Part shown: positions 1-11,694 of the stretch, in pieces | How positions within the stretch are numbered: the stretch's first letter is position 1 | Layout of the letters: each line of letters begins with the position of its first letter | DNA from: Neovahlkampfia damariscottae | Lineage: Eukaryota | Direction of reading: 5' to 3' | NCBI GenBank assembly: GCA_016618085.1 | Contig: JABLTG010000167.1 | Coordinates: 1-42,257 of the forward strand | DNA length: 42,257 bases | The notes under the pieces: model-generated | The model's database searches: none | The model's input: only the letters and a program-made list of their open reading frames with translations | What the model was told of the DNA's origin: nothing | Position numbers and translations under genes: made by a program

Positions 1-81
1 TTCTAGTTGAACAAAAGGTCTTTTTTGTTCAACTTGAACAACTTCAAGTAAAAATTCTAAAAATAACTGGCAAAATTAAAT

Positions 82-713
82 CTAATTGGCCACTTTTATC
101 ACAATAACCATCAATTCATTGGCCGTTACTTCTGTTTGATCCAAGTTTTTATCTGGATGTGCACTATCTAATCTTCCATTTTTCAAAAAATTGGAAGTAT
201 CAACAAAGTCGTCAAAATCTAAGATATTTTGTTTGATTTTGTCCCACTTTTGTTTCTGAGTTTGGTCCAAATTATCTTCATCAAAATCTTTAAGCTTGTA
301 TCTACTCTTTTCTCTGCTAAGAGGAACTCCATAAATGTGTTCTAAAATAAAACGTTCTGTTCCAAATGCAAGTTGACCTAAAACACTTCGTTTATAAGCT
401 CTTTGTTTTTCATCTTCAATTTTTGAAATTCTTTCCATAGTTACTTTGTCAAATCATCTGAAGAGAATCCTGGATACATCTCTTTTCTCCAAACTAAATT
501 TGATAAAAACTCTTTTTTTGATTTGCTTTCAAAACATTGTGGTCGGATAAATTGAGGTCTAACTTTGTCCATTATGCGAACTTCAGGTTCAAATTTATCG
601 ATATCTTTTAAGATGTCTTCTGATTTTTGGTCTGAAAATGAGTGAATCTCTACATAGGCATCTCCATATACATATTCATCAGTAGTATCAACATCAAAGT
701 ATATTTTTTCCAT
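82..713 (-). pseudogene. Unknown protein split into two ORFs by a 1-nt frameshift (pseudogene or assembly indel)
   Basis: ORFs 441-713 and 82-438 abut (aca aag TAA ct ATG gaa). One extra A restores ...TKVTMER.... Composition is protein-like, but I recognise no family. Confidence 0.35.
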
Positions 714-1492
714 TTGGTGTTAATGCTAGGTTTTGTCCAACACTATTGGTTGAAAATATTTGAAGTTTCAACAACAGAGTTCCAAATCTAACAATAAATT
801 GGAATCTACATACAACCTAACAGGCATAATTAACAAAAATGAACGTAGTATTCTTCAAATAATTTTCCGGACAATTTGTTTTTGAAATTTTTATTAGCAG
901 CAATATTGTTGTCTTACTCCTCTATCAAGGTCAAAAAACGGGAAAACTACGACGCAAACATCTTCTTTTAACAAGAATTTTGTTCACCTTCGCTTCCTCA
1001 TTCACCCTTCCTAAATTGTCGTCAACATTCAGTTACCAGTTTTTATTGTCGGGTCATTTGGTAGGTTGGTCAGCTCTCAAAATCCTTTCCTGTAAAATTG
1101 ACCATTTTTTTAAAAGTTTCAGATTTTCCTCAAACCACCTTACCATTTTACCAGTTCGTTTTCTTATTCCTTTTTGTTATAATTTAATTGGTAAAATGGT
1201 ACAATTGTAAATTAAAGTAATAAATTAAATGTTTCAATTAGATTGAAGTTATTAAATTGCTCAAGGCGAAGCAGGAAGAGAAACCGTCAGGTTTTGAATT
1301 TCCTTCATTGTGTAAAATAAACTTTAGTTTATGGCACAGTCCTGCCACACCAGGTAGTAACAGTTAATCGGTGGGGTTTTTCATCTCTTATTCAAACATG
1401 TTGGAACAAGTTTATTCAGACAATTTGCCTGGACCCAACAACTATTATAGAAGACCAAGGTTTTTTCGCCAATCAAATCACTTGTATTTTCA

Positions 1493-3022
1493 ATGAGCTC
1501 AACACTTGAAACAACAAGACTTCTTCACTCAGATATTGAAAAGGCTGTCAGAGTTGTTGTTAATGAATTAAAGCATAAAGCAAAAACATCACAAAAAAGA
1601 AAAGTATATCAAGAACATCGTATAAATGATGAATTAGAAGAAATAGCAAATAAAAGTAGAAAGTTACTTCATATTTATGAAGATAATGATCAAATTAGAC
1701 AAAAAGAAATTGAGTCAATGTCAGGAGTTACACTTCAAAAAACTTTAAATATTTTTGATACCAAGTTTTCTGAAATAAAAGAATATCATAGAAAGTTTAA
1801 TGTTGATCCAAATTTGGAACTTGAAAAATTAGAAGATAAAAATAAAATGGAATTATCATTAAAACCTGTTGAACAAGGACAATTAGAAAAAGTTAGATTT
1901 TCAGGAGAAGAAGAATATGGTAAATATATTGATTTACATGAATTTCATCAAGAATTTATTAATATGAAACAATTTTCAACAAATGAACCAATGGAGTATT
2001 TAACATATCTTCAAACATTCTTTCATTTTCATTTAATTGAATCTAATTTAAAAGATGAAATATATTTAAATTATATTTCAAAATTATTGAATTATTTAGA
2101 AGATTTTTATAAAAGAACACAACCGTTATCTGATATTGGAAATATATTAAAGTTAACAGAAGAAGAATTTGAAAAGAAATGGGAAAAAAGTGATGAACAG
2201 AGTGTTGATAATGTTGGTAATAGTATTGGTAATAGTATTAGTGTTGGTACAAATCATGGCACAAATGATGATATTAATGATGATAAAACTAAAAATAGTA
2301 TTGTTGTTGAATCAAATAATACAATTGGAGGAGAAAAGAAAAAGAAAAAAAGAAAAAAAAGAAGAGGAGGTATAAATACAATAATATTAAGAAAAAAGAA
2401 AATATCATTAATTGAAGAAAAGATATTAAGATATTATGATGCTTTAAATGAAGTAGTGGATTCAACTATTTTAAATGTTGAAAAAAAACAAACAAGAACA
2501 TGGGAAGAAAATCAAAATGAAATGTTGAATGAAGAAAAATTAGAAGAAAATGAAATTGAATTAATGTTAAAAGAGAAAAAAGAAAATGAAATTAAACAAG
2601 AAGGAGTTGATCAAGATGATGATGATGAAACATTAGGTTCAAATTCAAATCCATTAAATTTACCACTTGGATGGGATGGTAAACCAATACCATATTGGTT
2701 ATATAAATTACATGGATTAGGTATTGAATATAAATGTGAAATATGTGGTGATTATACATATTTTGGACCAAAAGCATTTGAAAAACATTTTCAAGAATTT
2801 AGACATGCACATGGTATGAGATGTTTAAAAATACCAAATACAAGACATTTTCATCAAATTACAAAAATACAAGATGCATTAAATTTATGGAAAAAATTAA
2901 AAGATGAAATGAAATCAAATCATTGGGATAAAGAACAAGAAGAATTTGAAGATAAACATGGTAATGTTTTTAATAAGAAAACATTTGAAGATTTAAGAAG
3001 ACAAGGTTATATTTCGGAATAA
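1493..3022 (+). CDS. SF3A3: Splicing factor 3A subunit 3 (SF3a60/Prp9)
   Basis: Intronless 509 aa. Motifs FSGEEEYGKYIDLH, NPLNLPLGWDGKPIPYWLYKLHGL, U1C-type zinc finger CEICGD..FEKHFQEFRHAHGMRCL and C-terminal EEFEDKHGNV..DLRRQG. Confidence 0.96.
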   Translation: MSSTLETTRLLHSDIEKAVRVVVNELKHKAKTSQKRKVYQEHRINDELEEIANKSRKLLHIYEDNDQIRQKEIESMSGVTLQKTLNIFDTKFSEIKEYHRKFNVDPNLELEKLEDKNKMELSLKPVEQGQLEKVRFSGEEEYGKYIDLHEFHQEFINMKQFSTNEPMEYLTYLQTFFHFHLIESNLKDEIYLNYISKLLNYLEDFYKRTQPLSDIGNILKLTEEEFEKKWEKSDEQSVDNVGNSIGNSISVGTNHGTNDDINDDKTKNSIVVESNNTIGGEKKKKKRKKRRGGINTIILRKKKISLIEEKILRYYDALNEVVDSTILNVEKKQTRTWEENQNEMLNEEKLEENEIELMLKEKKENEIKQEGVDQDDDDETLGSNSNPLNLPLGWDGKPIPYWLYKLHGLGIEYKCEICGDYTYFGPKAFEKHFQEFRHAHGMRCLKIPNTRHFHQITKIQDALNLWKKLKDEMKSNHWDKEQEEFEDKHGNVFNKKTFEDLRRQGYISE

Positions 3023-3075
3023 AGTTGTAATTCTTGATAAACTCAAACCTATTTCTTGTAAATATGATACCATAA

Positions 3076-3156
3076 TATCCAAACCTATAACCAAGTATCC
3101 AAACCTACAACCTAGTACCACCAACCAAACCAAACCCAAACCCACCAACCCTCACC
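3076..3156. repeat. Degenerate C/A-rich interstitial repeat containing telomere-like CAAACCCAAACCC
   Basis: Imperfect 20-mer tandem pair tatccaaacctataaccaag/tatccaaacctacaacctag (3076-3115), followed by ccaaccaaaccaaacccaaacccaccaaccc. This is the complement of the TTTGGG telomere motif. Confidence 0.5.
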
Positions 3157-3168
3157 AATTGAATATGA

Positions 3169-3980
3169 TTACAATCTATCATCAAATTTTTGAATTATAT
3201 TTGAAAATGATTTTAAATTTAATTCATCAATATTTAATAATTCCATTGATAAATTAATACCCATTAAACCTTCTAAATCATTTTTAATTTCTTTAATATC
3301 TTTTTCATTTTCTTTTAATATTTTAATCATAATCCAAATAATTTCAATTGATTTCTTTCTTAAATTTCCTTTTAAATCTTTTATAAATTCAAATAATATT
3401 TTAATGTAATTTTTATAAACCACATAAATATTTTCAATTGAAAAAATGAAACTACTTTCTAAAATATCAAATATTAATAATTTAATTTCAATATTCTCTT
3501 CTACATTTTCTAATATTTTAAATAATATATTCATTCCTTGAATTAAATTTAAACTTGAATATTTTGAAATTAAACAACTTCCTTCAAGAATTAATAATGA
3601 TTTTGTTCTTTCTTTTATTGATATTAATGATATATTAGATGATGAATATAAATAATTATTTAAAATTTTTAAAATAACTTCAAGAAAGTATTAGTATAAA
3701 CCTTTGATAGTTAGATACCTACCATTAGTATCTGTTGAAGTATTTTTTTGTATTTCATTATATATTTTCTTTTCATTTTCATTTTGTGAAATAGATGATA
3801 ATAAATTTAATATTTCAGTATATCCTTTTAAAAGGTTTAACTTTTCTTTTTTTTACCTTTTTCTCTTTCAAAACAAAAATTTCCTTCCGTTTTTTTTAAT
3901 GAATTTTTTAAAAGAAATGACATTTCTAACATTTTATTCTCTCTTGATATTTCATTTTCAAATATTTCATTCAACGTCAT
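3169..3980 (-). CDS. Helical/ARM-like protein, possibly related to the SIN-component Cdc14 family (S. pombe type, not the phosphatase)
   Basis: ATG 3980; introns 3825-3856 and 3678-3722 join into ORF 3169-3534. Segment KSLLILEGSCLISKYS resembles the family's LxxLEGxxLxHxxS motif, recalled from memory. Confidence 0.55.
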
Positions 3981-4039
3981 GTTTTTATTTACTTGTTTGT
4001 TATTGGATTAAATTTGTTTTAATTTTTATTGGATAAATA
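3981..4039. promoter_or_regulatory. 59-nt bidirectional promoter with two CCAAT boxes
   Basis: Divergent ATGs at 3980(-) and 4040(+); ATTGG at 4002 and 4028. Confidence 0.6.
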
Positions 4040-5242
4040 ATGTCAACTACAAAACCAACTCACAAGTATCCAAGTGTACCAAGACACACAAAAAAAAAAG
4101 AAACATCATCTAAAGTTGAAAATATGTACAATCGAAGAGAGAATGTTTCAATACAAAAAAGAAAAGAAAGCAAAATATTTGGTTTAAAAAACTTTAATAA
4201 CTGGATTAAAAGTATTTTAATATTAAAATACGTAAATAAAGGAGATACTATACTTGATTTATGTTGTGGAAAAGGTGGTGATTTAGCTAAATTTACAAAT
4301 AGGTTAGTTTTGTTTTTTTTTTTCGTTTTTTATTTTTTTAAAAGAGAAATTGCACGTAAATCATTTATTTAATTCATTTTTATAAAGATTATGGTAATTT
4401 AAATTCATTTTAAACTTTAGTTGGTGTTGATATTGCCAAAGAGTCACTCAAACATTTAGTTGAAAGATATAATGAAAAATCACATCCTTATACTTGTAAA
4501 TTAATTCATTGTGATGCTACAAAAGTATATATATTCATTTCATTAATTTTTAAAAGAAAAGTTTCAAAAATGTTTTAAAACAAAGTGAAGAATTTGATTG
4601 TTGTAGTTGTCAATTTGCACTTCATTATTCATTTGAATCAGAAGATCAAGCAAAACAATTATTAGAAAATGCATCAAATTCATTAAAACAAGGTGGTCAC
4701 TTTATTGTCACAACACCTGATGCATATGTTTTAGTAAAGAAATTAAGAGAAGCAGGAAAATTAAAATTTGGAAATTCAATTTATGAATGTACATTTGAAA
4801 AAAATGATTTTTCTATTGAAAATGGATTCTTTGGTTTGAAATATGATTTTGAACTTCTTGATGCAATTGGTAAAAAAAAAGAATATTTTAAAAAAAAATA
4901 AAATAAAATAGATAAATGTCCTGAATATTTAGTTCATCCAGATATATTAGAATCATTAGCAAAGAGTTATCATTTAGACCTTGTTGAAGCATTAAACTTT
5001 CATGATTTTTATGATAAGTATGTTGATGATTTTGATAACTTGAATCAAATTTATAAAATAAAATCAGGAAAAATCACAAAAGATGAATGGGATGCAATTT
5101 ATCTATATAAAGGTAAGTGAATTTCAATTATTGATTATAAGTTTATGTTTTTAAAAAAGAAGGTGAAAAAAAAGTTAGTCAATATGTTCCACAAAGAAAT
5201 CTTCATACCAAAGTGACAGATTCTGATATTATTTCACTATAA
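4040..5242 (+). CDS. RNMT: mRNA cap guanine-N7 methyltransferase
   Basis: Motifs LKNFNNWIKSILI, LDLCCGKGGDLAK, YVGVDIA, FDCCSCQFALHYSFESE, CPEYLVH. Introns 4303-4344, 4356-4387, 4394-4420, 4525-4556, 4870-4911, 5113-5141; stop 5240-5242. Confidence 0.94.
4345..4355 (+). other. 11-nt micro-exon (AGAAATTGCAC) of RNMT
   Basis: Flanked by AAAG| and |GTAAAT. Gives ...NREIAH..., linking the SAM motif to YVGVDIA. Confidence 0.8.
4388..4393 (+). other. 6-nt micro-exon (ATTATG) of RNMT
   Basis: TAAAG|ATTATG|GTAATT between introns of 32 and 27 nt. Supplies the H-Y-V of the conserved YVGVDIA strand. Confidence 0.8.
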
Positions 5243-5341
5243 AATAAAAAAAATTATTATTTTGTTAAATGATTTTTCATTGGTCCATTTTTTTTAAATT
5301 CAGCAACTTGATTGGACAACCATCAAACAACAAAAACAACA

Positions 5342-6402
5342 ATGATTCTTTTAGACGCAGAAAACCAAATTGTATTACAAACTTTACAAAAACGTTTTGA
5401 CATGGCTCAAAATGAACCTAAAAAAGAAAGATTAAAAAACAAAATATCTTTTAAAGTTCAAGAATTTGATCAAACAAAAATAAACATTGAATCAGTTGGG
5501 CTTGAAACAGTTGATGGTCTCGATTCCCAAAAAGAATCAATGAAAATCTCAGTTTTTGTTGAATGTGGAGATGTTGCAAAATCACATGGATTGGAAGACT
5601 ATTTCAAAAAAGTAAAAAAAAAAAAAAAAATTGGTTAATTATTTTTGTTTAATAGATTTATGGAAATTATGCAACTGAAACTGAAGCTGGTATGACTGCT
5701 ACAATTTTAGTTCCAATTGATGACGCTGATGAAAAAGAAAGAGATTTAATTTTGAAAGAAGCTCCTTTAATTAAAAGGTAAAAAAGAAATATTTAAATAT
5801 TAGATATGTAATGATGTCACCATTTATGTCAGCTTTTGACTCATATGTTAAAGGAGAAAAGATTACAAGTATTCATCTTCCATATAGAGCTGAAGAAAAT
5901 ATTTATATTGTCCAACTCGAAAAATCACTTACTATTGTTTATTCAATCAAATTTGATCATCAAGATGATGTAATTCTTGGAAAAGTATTTTTACAAGAAT
6001 TTAAAGATGCTAGACGTCAAGATAAAAGTTTAGGAGCAGCTCCATCTGTTACATTTTCACAAGGTCAACTTCCACAAGATCTTCAAGGAATGAAAACAAC
6101 AGAACCAAAAGATTTAAGTGGTTATGGTTTTGTTTCACTCAGTAAACTTAATACTTTATTTAATTTTCTTTAAAGCACTTCGTGAAGCACATTGCACAGA
6201 AAAACAACGTTATGATACAATTGATAAATTATTACAATTTAGAAATTATTTTCAATATCACTTAAAGTGTAGTAAAGCTTTTATGCATATTAGAATGAGA
6301 AGTCGTCTCGCTGCTTTATTAAAAGAACTTGAAGAAGCAAAAGATACAGATGGAATTGAAATTAAAAAGAAAACATTCTCTGGAAAAACATTTACCAAAT
6401 AA
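5342..6402 (+). CDS. ARPC2: Arp2/3 complex 34 kDa subunit
   Basis: Motifs MILLDAENQI, YRAEENIYI, DDVILGKVFLQEFKDARR, FRNYFQYHLKCSKAFMHIRMR, KTFSGKTF. Introns 5612-5655, 5778-5803, 6142-6175. Confidence 0.92.
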
Positions 6403-6495
6403 ATACTTATTTTTACATTTTTTTTTTTGTTTTTTTTTTAAAACTTTTTTGTTTTGTTCAATTTATTCTATTGGTCGATTAATTTTGTTGGTGCG

Positions 6496-9400
6496 ATGAA
6501 ACAAAATTCATTCAACTCAACAACAAATCAACAAGGAAACCAAAATGGTACAACACCATCTTCTAAAGTACCAATTCAAAGTGAAGAAGATAAAAAAAAA
6601 TCGGTTGACCAGTTTTTAAAATTGTCTTCGTCGCAACAAACTCAAAATCTGAATAGTAATCAAGGTCAAAATAGTCAAGTATATGGAAATTTTCAAAGTT
6701 CATCACTTGAAAGAAGTATTCAACGTCCAAATAATAATGCACCACTTCAAAATTTTTCTCAACCAAGTTATTCAAAATTCAGTCAAATCCCGACAAGTTC
6801 AAGTCAACAAGTTTCACAAAACAAAAATCAAGGTTTTCAAAACATACCAACTCAAAATTATCAACAAATGAATAAATCTAACATGATGACTCAGCAAAGA
6901 CCATTAATTCAACAGCAACACTCAATGGTTCAACAAAATCCATATATGATTCAACAACCAAATGTATATCCTATACCAAATAAATACCCATATCAGAAAT
7001 CAACTACTTATCAACAACAACAACAAGTTTTTGCAAAACCTCCAACTTTATATCAAAATCAACAGCAAAATCATCAAATGTATGGTCAAAATTATCAACA
7101 ACATCTTATGAACCCATCAAACCTACAAAATCAGTTTATACCAAAGAATTATAATGGAATGTCCATCAAATCTCAACAACATTTAGCTCCAAAAACAAAC
7201 CTTTCAAATGTACAACATGTTCAACGACAAAAAACTACAACTCCAGAGAAGAAAAAACCAAAGAAGAAATTAATTTTAGATTATGAAGAAGAAGAAGAAC
7301 ATGATATTTTTGGTGAAGAAGATGAATCAGAAGAAGACTTTGATGATCCAAATGATGGTGATTTTGAAACAAAAATGAACAGAAAACCAAATCAAAATAG
7401 ATATTTGAATAATGAAGAACAAGATGATGATGATGATGATGATGATATGAGTACAGAAGATGAAAAAGAATATCAATTTGAAAAAAAAAAAGAAAAGAAA
7501 AAAGATTCAGATGACTATTTTGGAAAGTATTCATATGATGACTTTGAACCTAATAGAAATTTAAGAACAAAAGAAAAACAAAATTATGGTGATTTATTTG
7601 ATGAATCAGAAGATTCAGATGAACAAGAAACAGAAGAAGATTCAGATGATTTTGATAATTCAGATAGTGATATTGAAATAAGAAAAAGAAAAAAAAATAG
7701 TTTATTAGAAAATACAGAGTTAATAGTTGAAGAAGAAGAAGAAATTATTGAAACTATTTTAAAACATAAAATAAATGAAGAGACAACATTAATGGAATTT
7801 TTAATAAAATGGAAAGGTAAAATTGTAATATTTAATTAATATAAATTAGGATGGGCACATATTCATAATACATGGAATACATTTGAAGAATTAAAACTCT
7901 ATAAAGGATTTAAAAAAGTTGAAAATTATCTTAAAAAAATTAAAGAAATTGATGAATGGAAGAAATCTGTTACACCTGAAGAAATTGAACAACATTTAGT
8001 TTATGAAGAATTAGATGAACAATTAAATGAAGATTATAAAAAGATTGATAGAATTATTGGAAAGAGACCAGCAAGACATGCAAAGAATTTTGTAAATAAA
8101 GAAGAAAAGATTGAAGAAGGATTTAAATATGAAGTATTAGTTAAATGGAAATCATTACCATATTCTGATTGTACATGGGAATATGAAGCAACAATGAATA
8201 ATATAAAAGATTATATTCCATTTGAAGAAAGAAAAGGTTATACATATCCAAATATTTCATCAAAAAGAAATCCATTAAATTTTAAAAAAATTGAAAAACA
8301 ACCTGAATTTTTAGTTGGAGGACAATTAAGAGATTATCAACTTGAAAGTTTAAATTGGATGTTTTATAGTTGGTTAAATAAGGTAAGAATGAAAAAAAAT
8401 ATTAATCAAAAAAAAAAAAGAATAATGTAATTCTTGCAGATGAAATGGGACTTGGAAAAACATTGTATATTTTTAATTATTTTTTTTAATCATTTTTTAA
8501 CCAGACAATCTATATCACTTTTAAGTTATTTAGTTAATGTTGAAAATATATTAGGTCCATTTTTAGTAGTTGTACCTTTATCAACTATTTCAGGTTGGAT
8601 GAAAGAAATTAAAAAATGGGCACCTGATTTATATGTTATACCTTATATTGGTGATACAAAATCAAGAAATGTTATTAGAGAATATGATTTTTATACAAAA
8701 GATAATAATTTTAAATTTAATATTATTTTAACAACATATGAATTAATATTAAAAGATTGTTCATTTTTAAGTCAAATTAAATATTCATTTTTAGTTGTTG
8801 ATGAAGTAAGATTTGCCTTTTTTTTAAAGACACATAAATTTTTTTAAAGGCACATCGTTTAAAAAATGATCAATCAAAATTATATGAAATATTAAAACAA
8901 TTTTCAACTGCTGGTAAATTATTAATTACAGGAACACCATTACAAAATTCAATTAAAGAATTATGGAATTTACTTCATTTTTTAATGCCACAAAAATATT
9001 CAAATTTTAATGATTTTGAAACAAAATATTCAAATTTAAGTGAAGAGAATCAAATTACAAAATTACATGAAAATTTAGCACCACATATTTTAAGAAGATT
9101 AAAATTAGATGTTGAAAAATCATTACCAAAAAAAGTAGAAAGAATATTAAGAATTGAAAGAACACAATTACAAAAGAAATATTATAGATGGATTTTAGAA
9201 AAGAATTTTTCAGAATTAAATAAAGGAGGTCATAAATCATCATTATTAAATATTGTAATTGAATTAAAAAAAGTATGTAATCATCCATATCTATTTGATG
9301 GTGCAAAAGATGAAATGAAAAAATATACAAAATTACAAGGTTTAATAAAATCATCTGGAAAAATGCAATTATTAGATAAATTATTAATTAAATTAAAAGA

Positions 9401-11604
9401 TACAGGACATAGAGTATTAATATTTTCACAAATGGTTAGATTATTAGATATATTATCAGAATATTTACAATTAAGAGGTTTTACATTTCAAAGATTAGAT
9501 GGTTCAACATCACATAGATCTCGTGAACAATCAGTTGATCATTTTAATGCAAAAGATTCTTCTGATTTTTGTTTTTTATTATCAACAAGAGCAGGTGGAT
9601 TAGGTATTAATTTAGCTACAGCTGATACTGTTATTATTTTTGATTCAGATTGGAATCCACAAAATGATTTACAAGCAGAAGGTTAAAATAATATTTAAAT
9701 CTAAATTCTTCTAATTAGCTCGTGCACATAGAATTGGTCAAAAAAAATCTGTTAATATTTATCGTTTTATTACAAAAGATACAGTTGAAGAAAATATTTT
9801 AGAAAGAGCAAAACAAAAAATGATTTTAGATCATTTAATAATTCAAAGAATGGATACATCAGGTAGAATTGTTTTACAAAATAATAAAAAACAAACTTAT
9901 ACTCAATTCTCAAAAGAAGAATTACAAGAAGTTTTAAAATTTGGTGCTGAAAATTTATTCAAAAAAGATAAATCAAATTTAGAAGATCAATTTGATCAAA
10001 ATGAAGATGAAGAAGATGAATTAGAAATTAATTTAGATGATATTTTAAAAAGAGCAGAAGAAACTCAAGAAAAATTAATTGGTGATGAAAAGACAAATGA
10101 TGATTCCGAAAATAAAAATATAATGAGTTCATTTAAAGTGGCAAACTTTACAACAACAACAAAAAAAAAGAAATCAAAAAAATTAAAATTACAAGAAAAA
10201 GATGATTTTTGGGAAAAAATTATTCCAGAAAGTATTTTAAATAAAAAGAAATCAGAAGAATTATATTTACCACCAAGAAGAACAACAACTAAAATTGAAA
10301 GTTATAATGAAAATAATTTGAGTCAAAATAGTAGTGGTGGTGGTGGTAATGGGTCTGGATCTGGATCTGGGTTTGGGTCTGGTAATGGATCAACCAATGA
10401 TATTGAAAAGAAATCAACCAATGGTATTTTTAATATAAAAGAAACCAAAGCATTTGTTAGATCATTTAAGAAATATGCTGATTTAAATAGAATTGAAGAA
10501 ATATTAAATGATTCTAATTTAGAAAAGACTATTGGAGATTCAAATCAATTTGCAATGAATTTAATTGAAGAATCAAAAAAGATATTAGATGAAGAAGAAA
10601 TTGAAATACCATTTAGAAGAATTAAAGCAATAATGTTTCAATTTAATGGTACATCTGTAAATGCAGCTGAAATATTATTAAGAATTAATCAAATTGATTT
10701 ATTAAAAAATGAAAAAGAAATACCAAAAATTAAATCAGTTTCATCATCTTGGCCATCATCTATTGAATGGTCTTATGAAGATGATCAAAATTTAATCAAA
10801 GGTATTTTAAAATATGGTTTAGGTAATTGGGATGAATTAAAGAATGATAAAGATTTAAATTTTAATGAAAGAATAAGTGGAAAAGAAAATGAAGATGGAA
10901 AAATTAATTCATCTCATTTATTAAAAAGAATTGATGATTTATGTGAATCTATTTTTAAAAATAAAAAAAAAGAAAAAAAGAAAGAATCAAAAAAGACAAA
11001 AATATCAAAGAATAATGATAAATCATTAAGAAATGAAAAACCAATACCAAAAATATCAAAGAATGATAAATCAAAGAGTACATCATCTACTAATATTTCA
11101 TCATCATCCCGTTCATCATCTCGTTCATCATCTACTAATAATTCATCACCTTTAAAAAAATTATCAACAAAAGAGTTAATTAAAAAATCAGAAGAATATT
11201 TAGAATCTATATCAGATATTATTAAAAAATTAAAAGAATTAAATGAAAATGATGATGTAGATGATATGACTAGACTTAAAAAAACAAAAAATTATTTATT
11301 TATTATTGGAAATGAAATTGATAAAATTATTGAAAATAATAAATATGAAAATTTAGAATCACAATTATGGGAATTAGTTTATAAAAAATCAAATACACAA
11401 GGTAATGGTGAAGTTTTAAAGAAATTATATTCAAAATTAAAAGAAAATGAAAAAAGTAAATCAAAATCAAACTCGAACCCTAAATCAAATTCAAAACCAA
11501 ATTCAAAACCAAGTCCAAGTTTAAAAAAGAAAAGAAAACAATTTACAAGTGATTCAGAAGATGAAGATGATGATTATTATGAACCACCAAAAAAGAAAAA
11601 ATGA
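6496..11604 (+). CDS. CHD1: CHD1-family chromodomain SNF2 helicase
   Basis: Q/N-rich N-terminus; two chromodomains ([30 protein letters not shown]); [52 protein letters not shown]-like [21 protein letters not shown]. Introns 7817-7849, 8383-8420, 8465-8504, 8806-8849, 9682-9718. Confidence 0.94.
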
Positions 11605-11694
11605 ATGTAAAAATAAATTTTATCACCTCTCTTTAAATTTAAAAAACTAAATCTTTAAATGTCCCTCAATCTCAAATCATTTTTATTGGTCAAT

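Noticed and set aside
1255..1360. U1 snRNA-like 5' end on the minus strand (TTACTACCTGG..CAATGAAG)
   Set aside because: It is not the invariant ACUUACCUG. I found no AUUGCAC loop, no Sm site and no convincing cloverleaf.
1398..1496. 32-aa uORF whose TGA overlaps the SF3A3 ATG
   Set aside because: The CCAAT at 1469 suggests transcription starts downstream of this ATG, and short ORFs arise easily by chance.
3678..3722. Internal AAG|GTTT in a 45-nt intron as another zero-length exon
   Set aside because: The halves (21 + 24 nt) are shorter than any other intron seen, and 45 nt is within the normal range.
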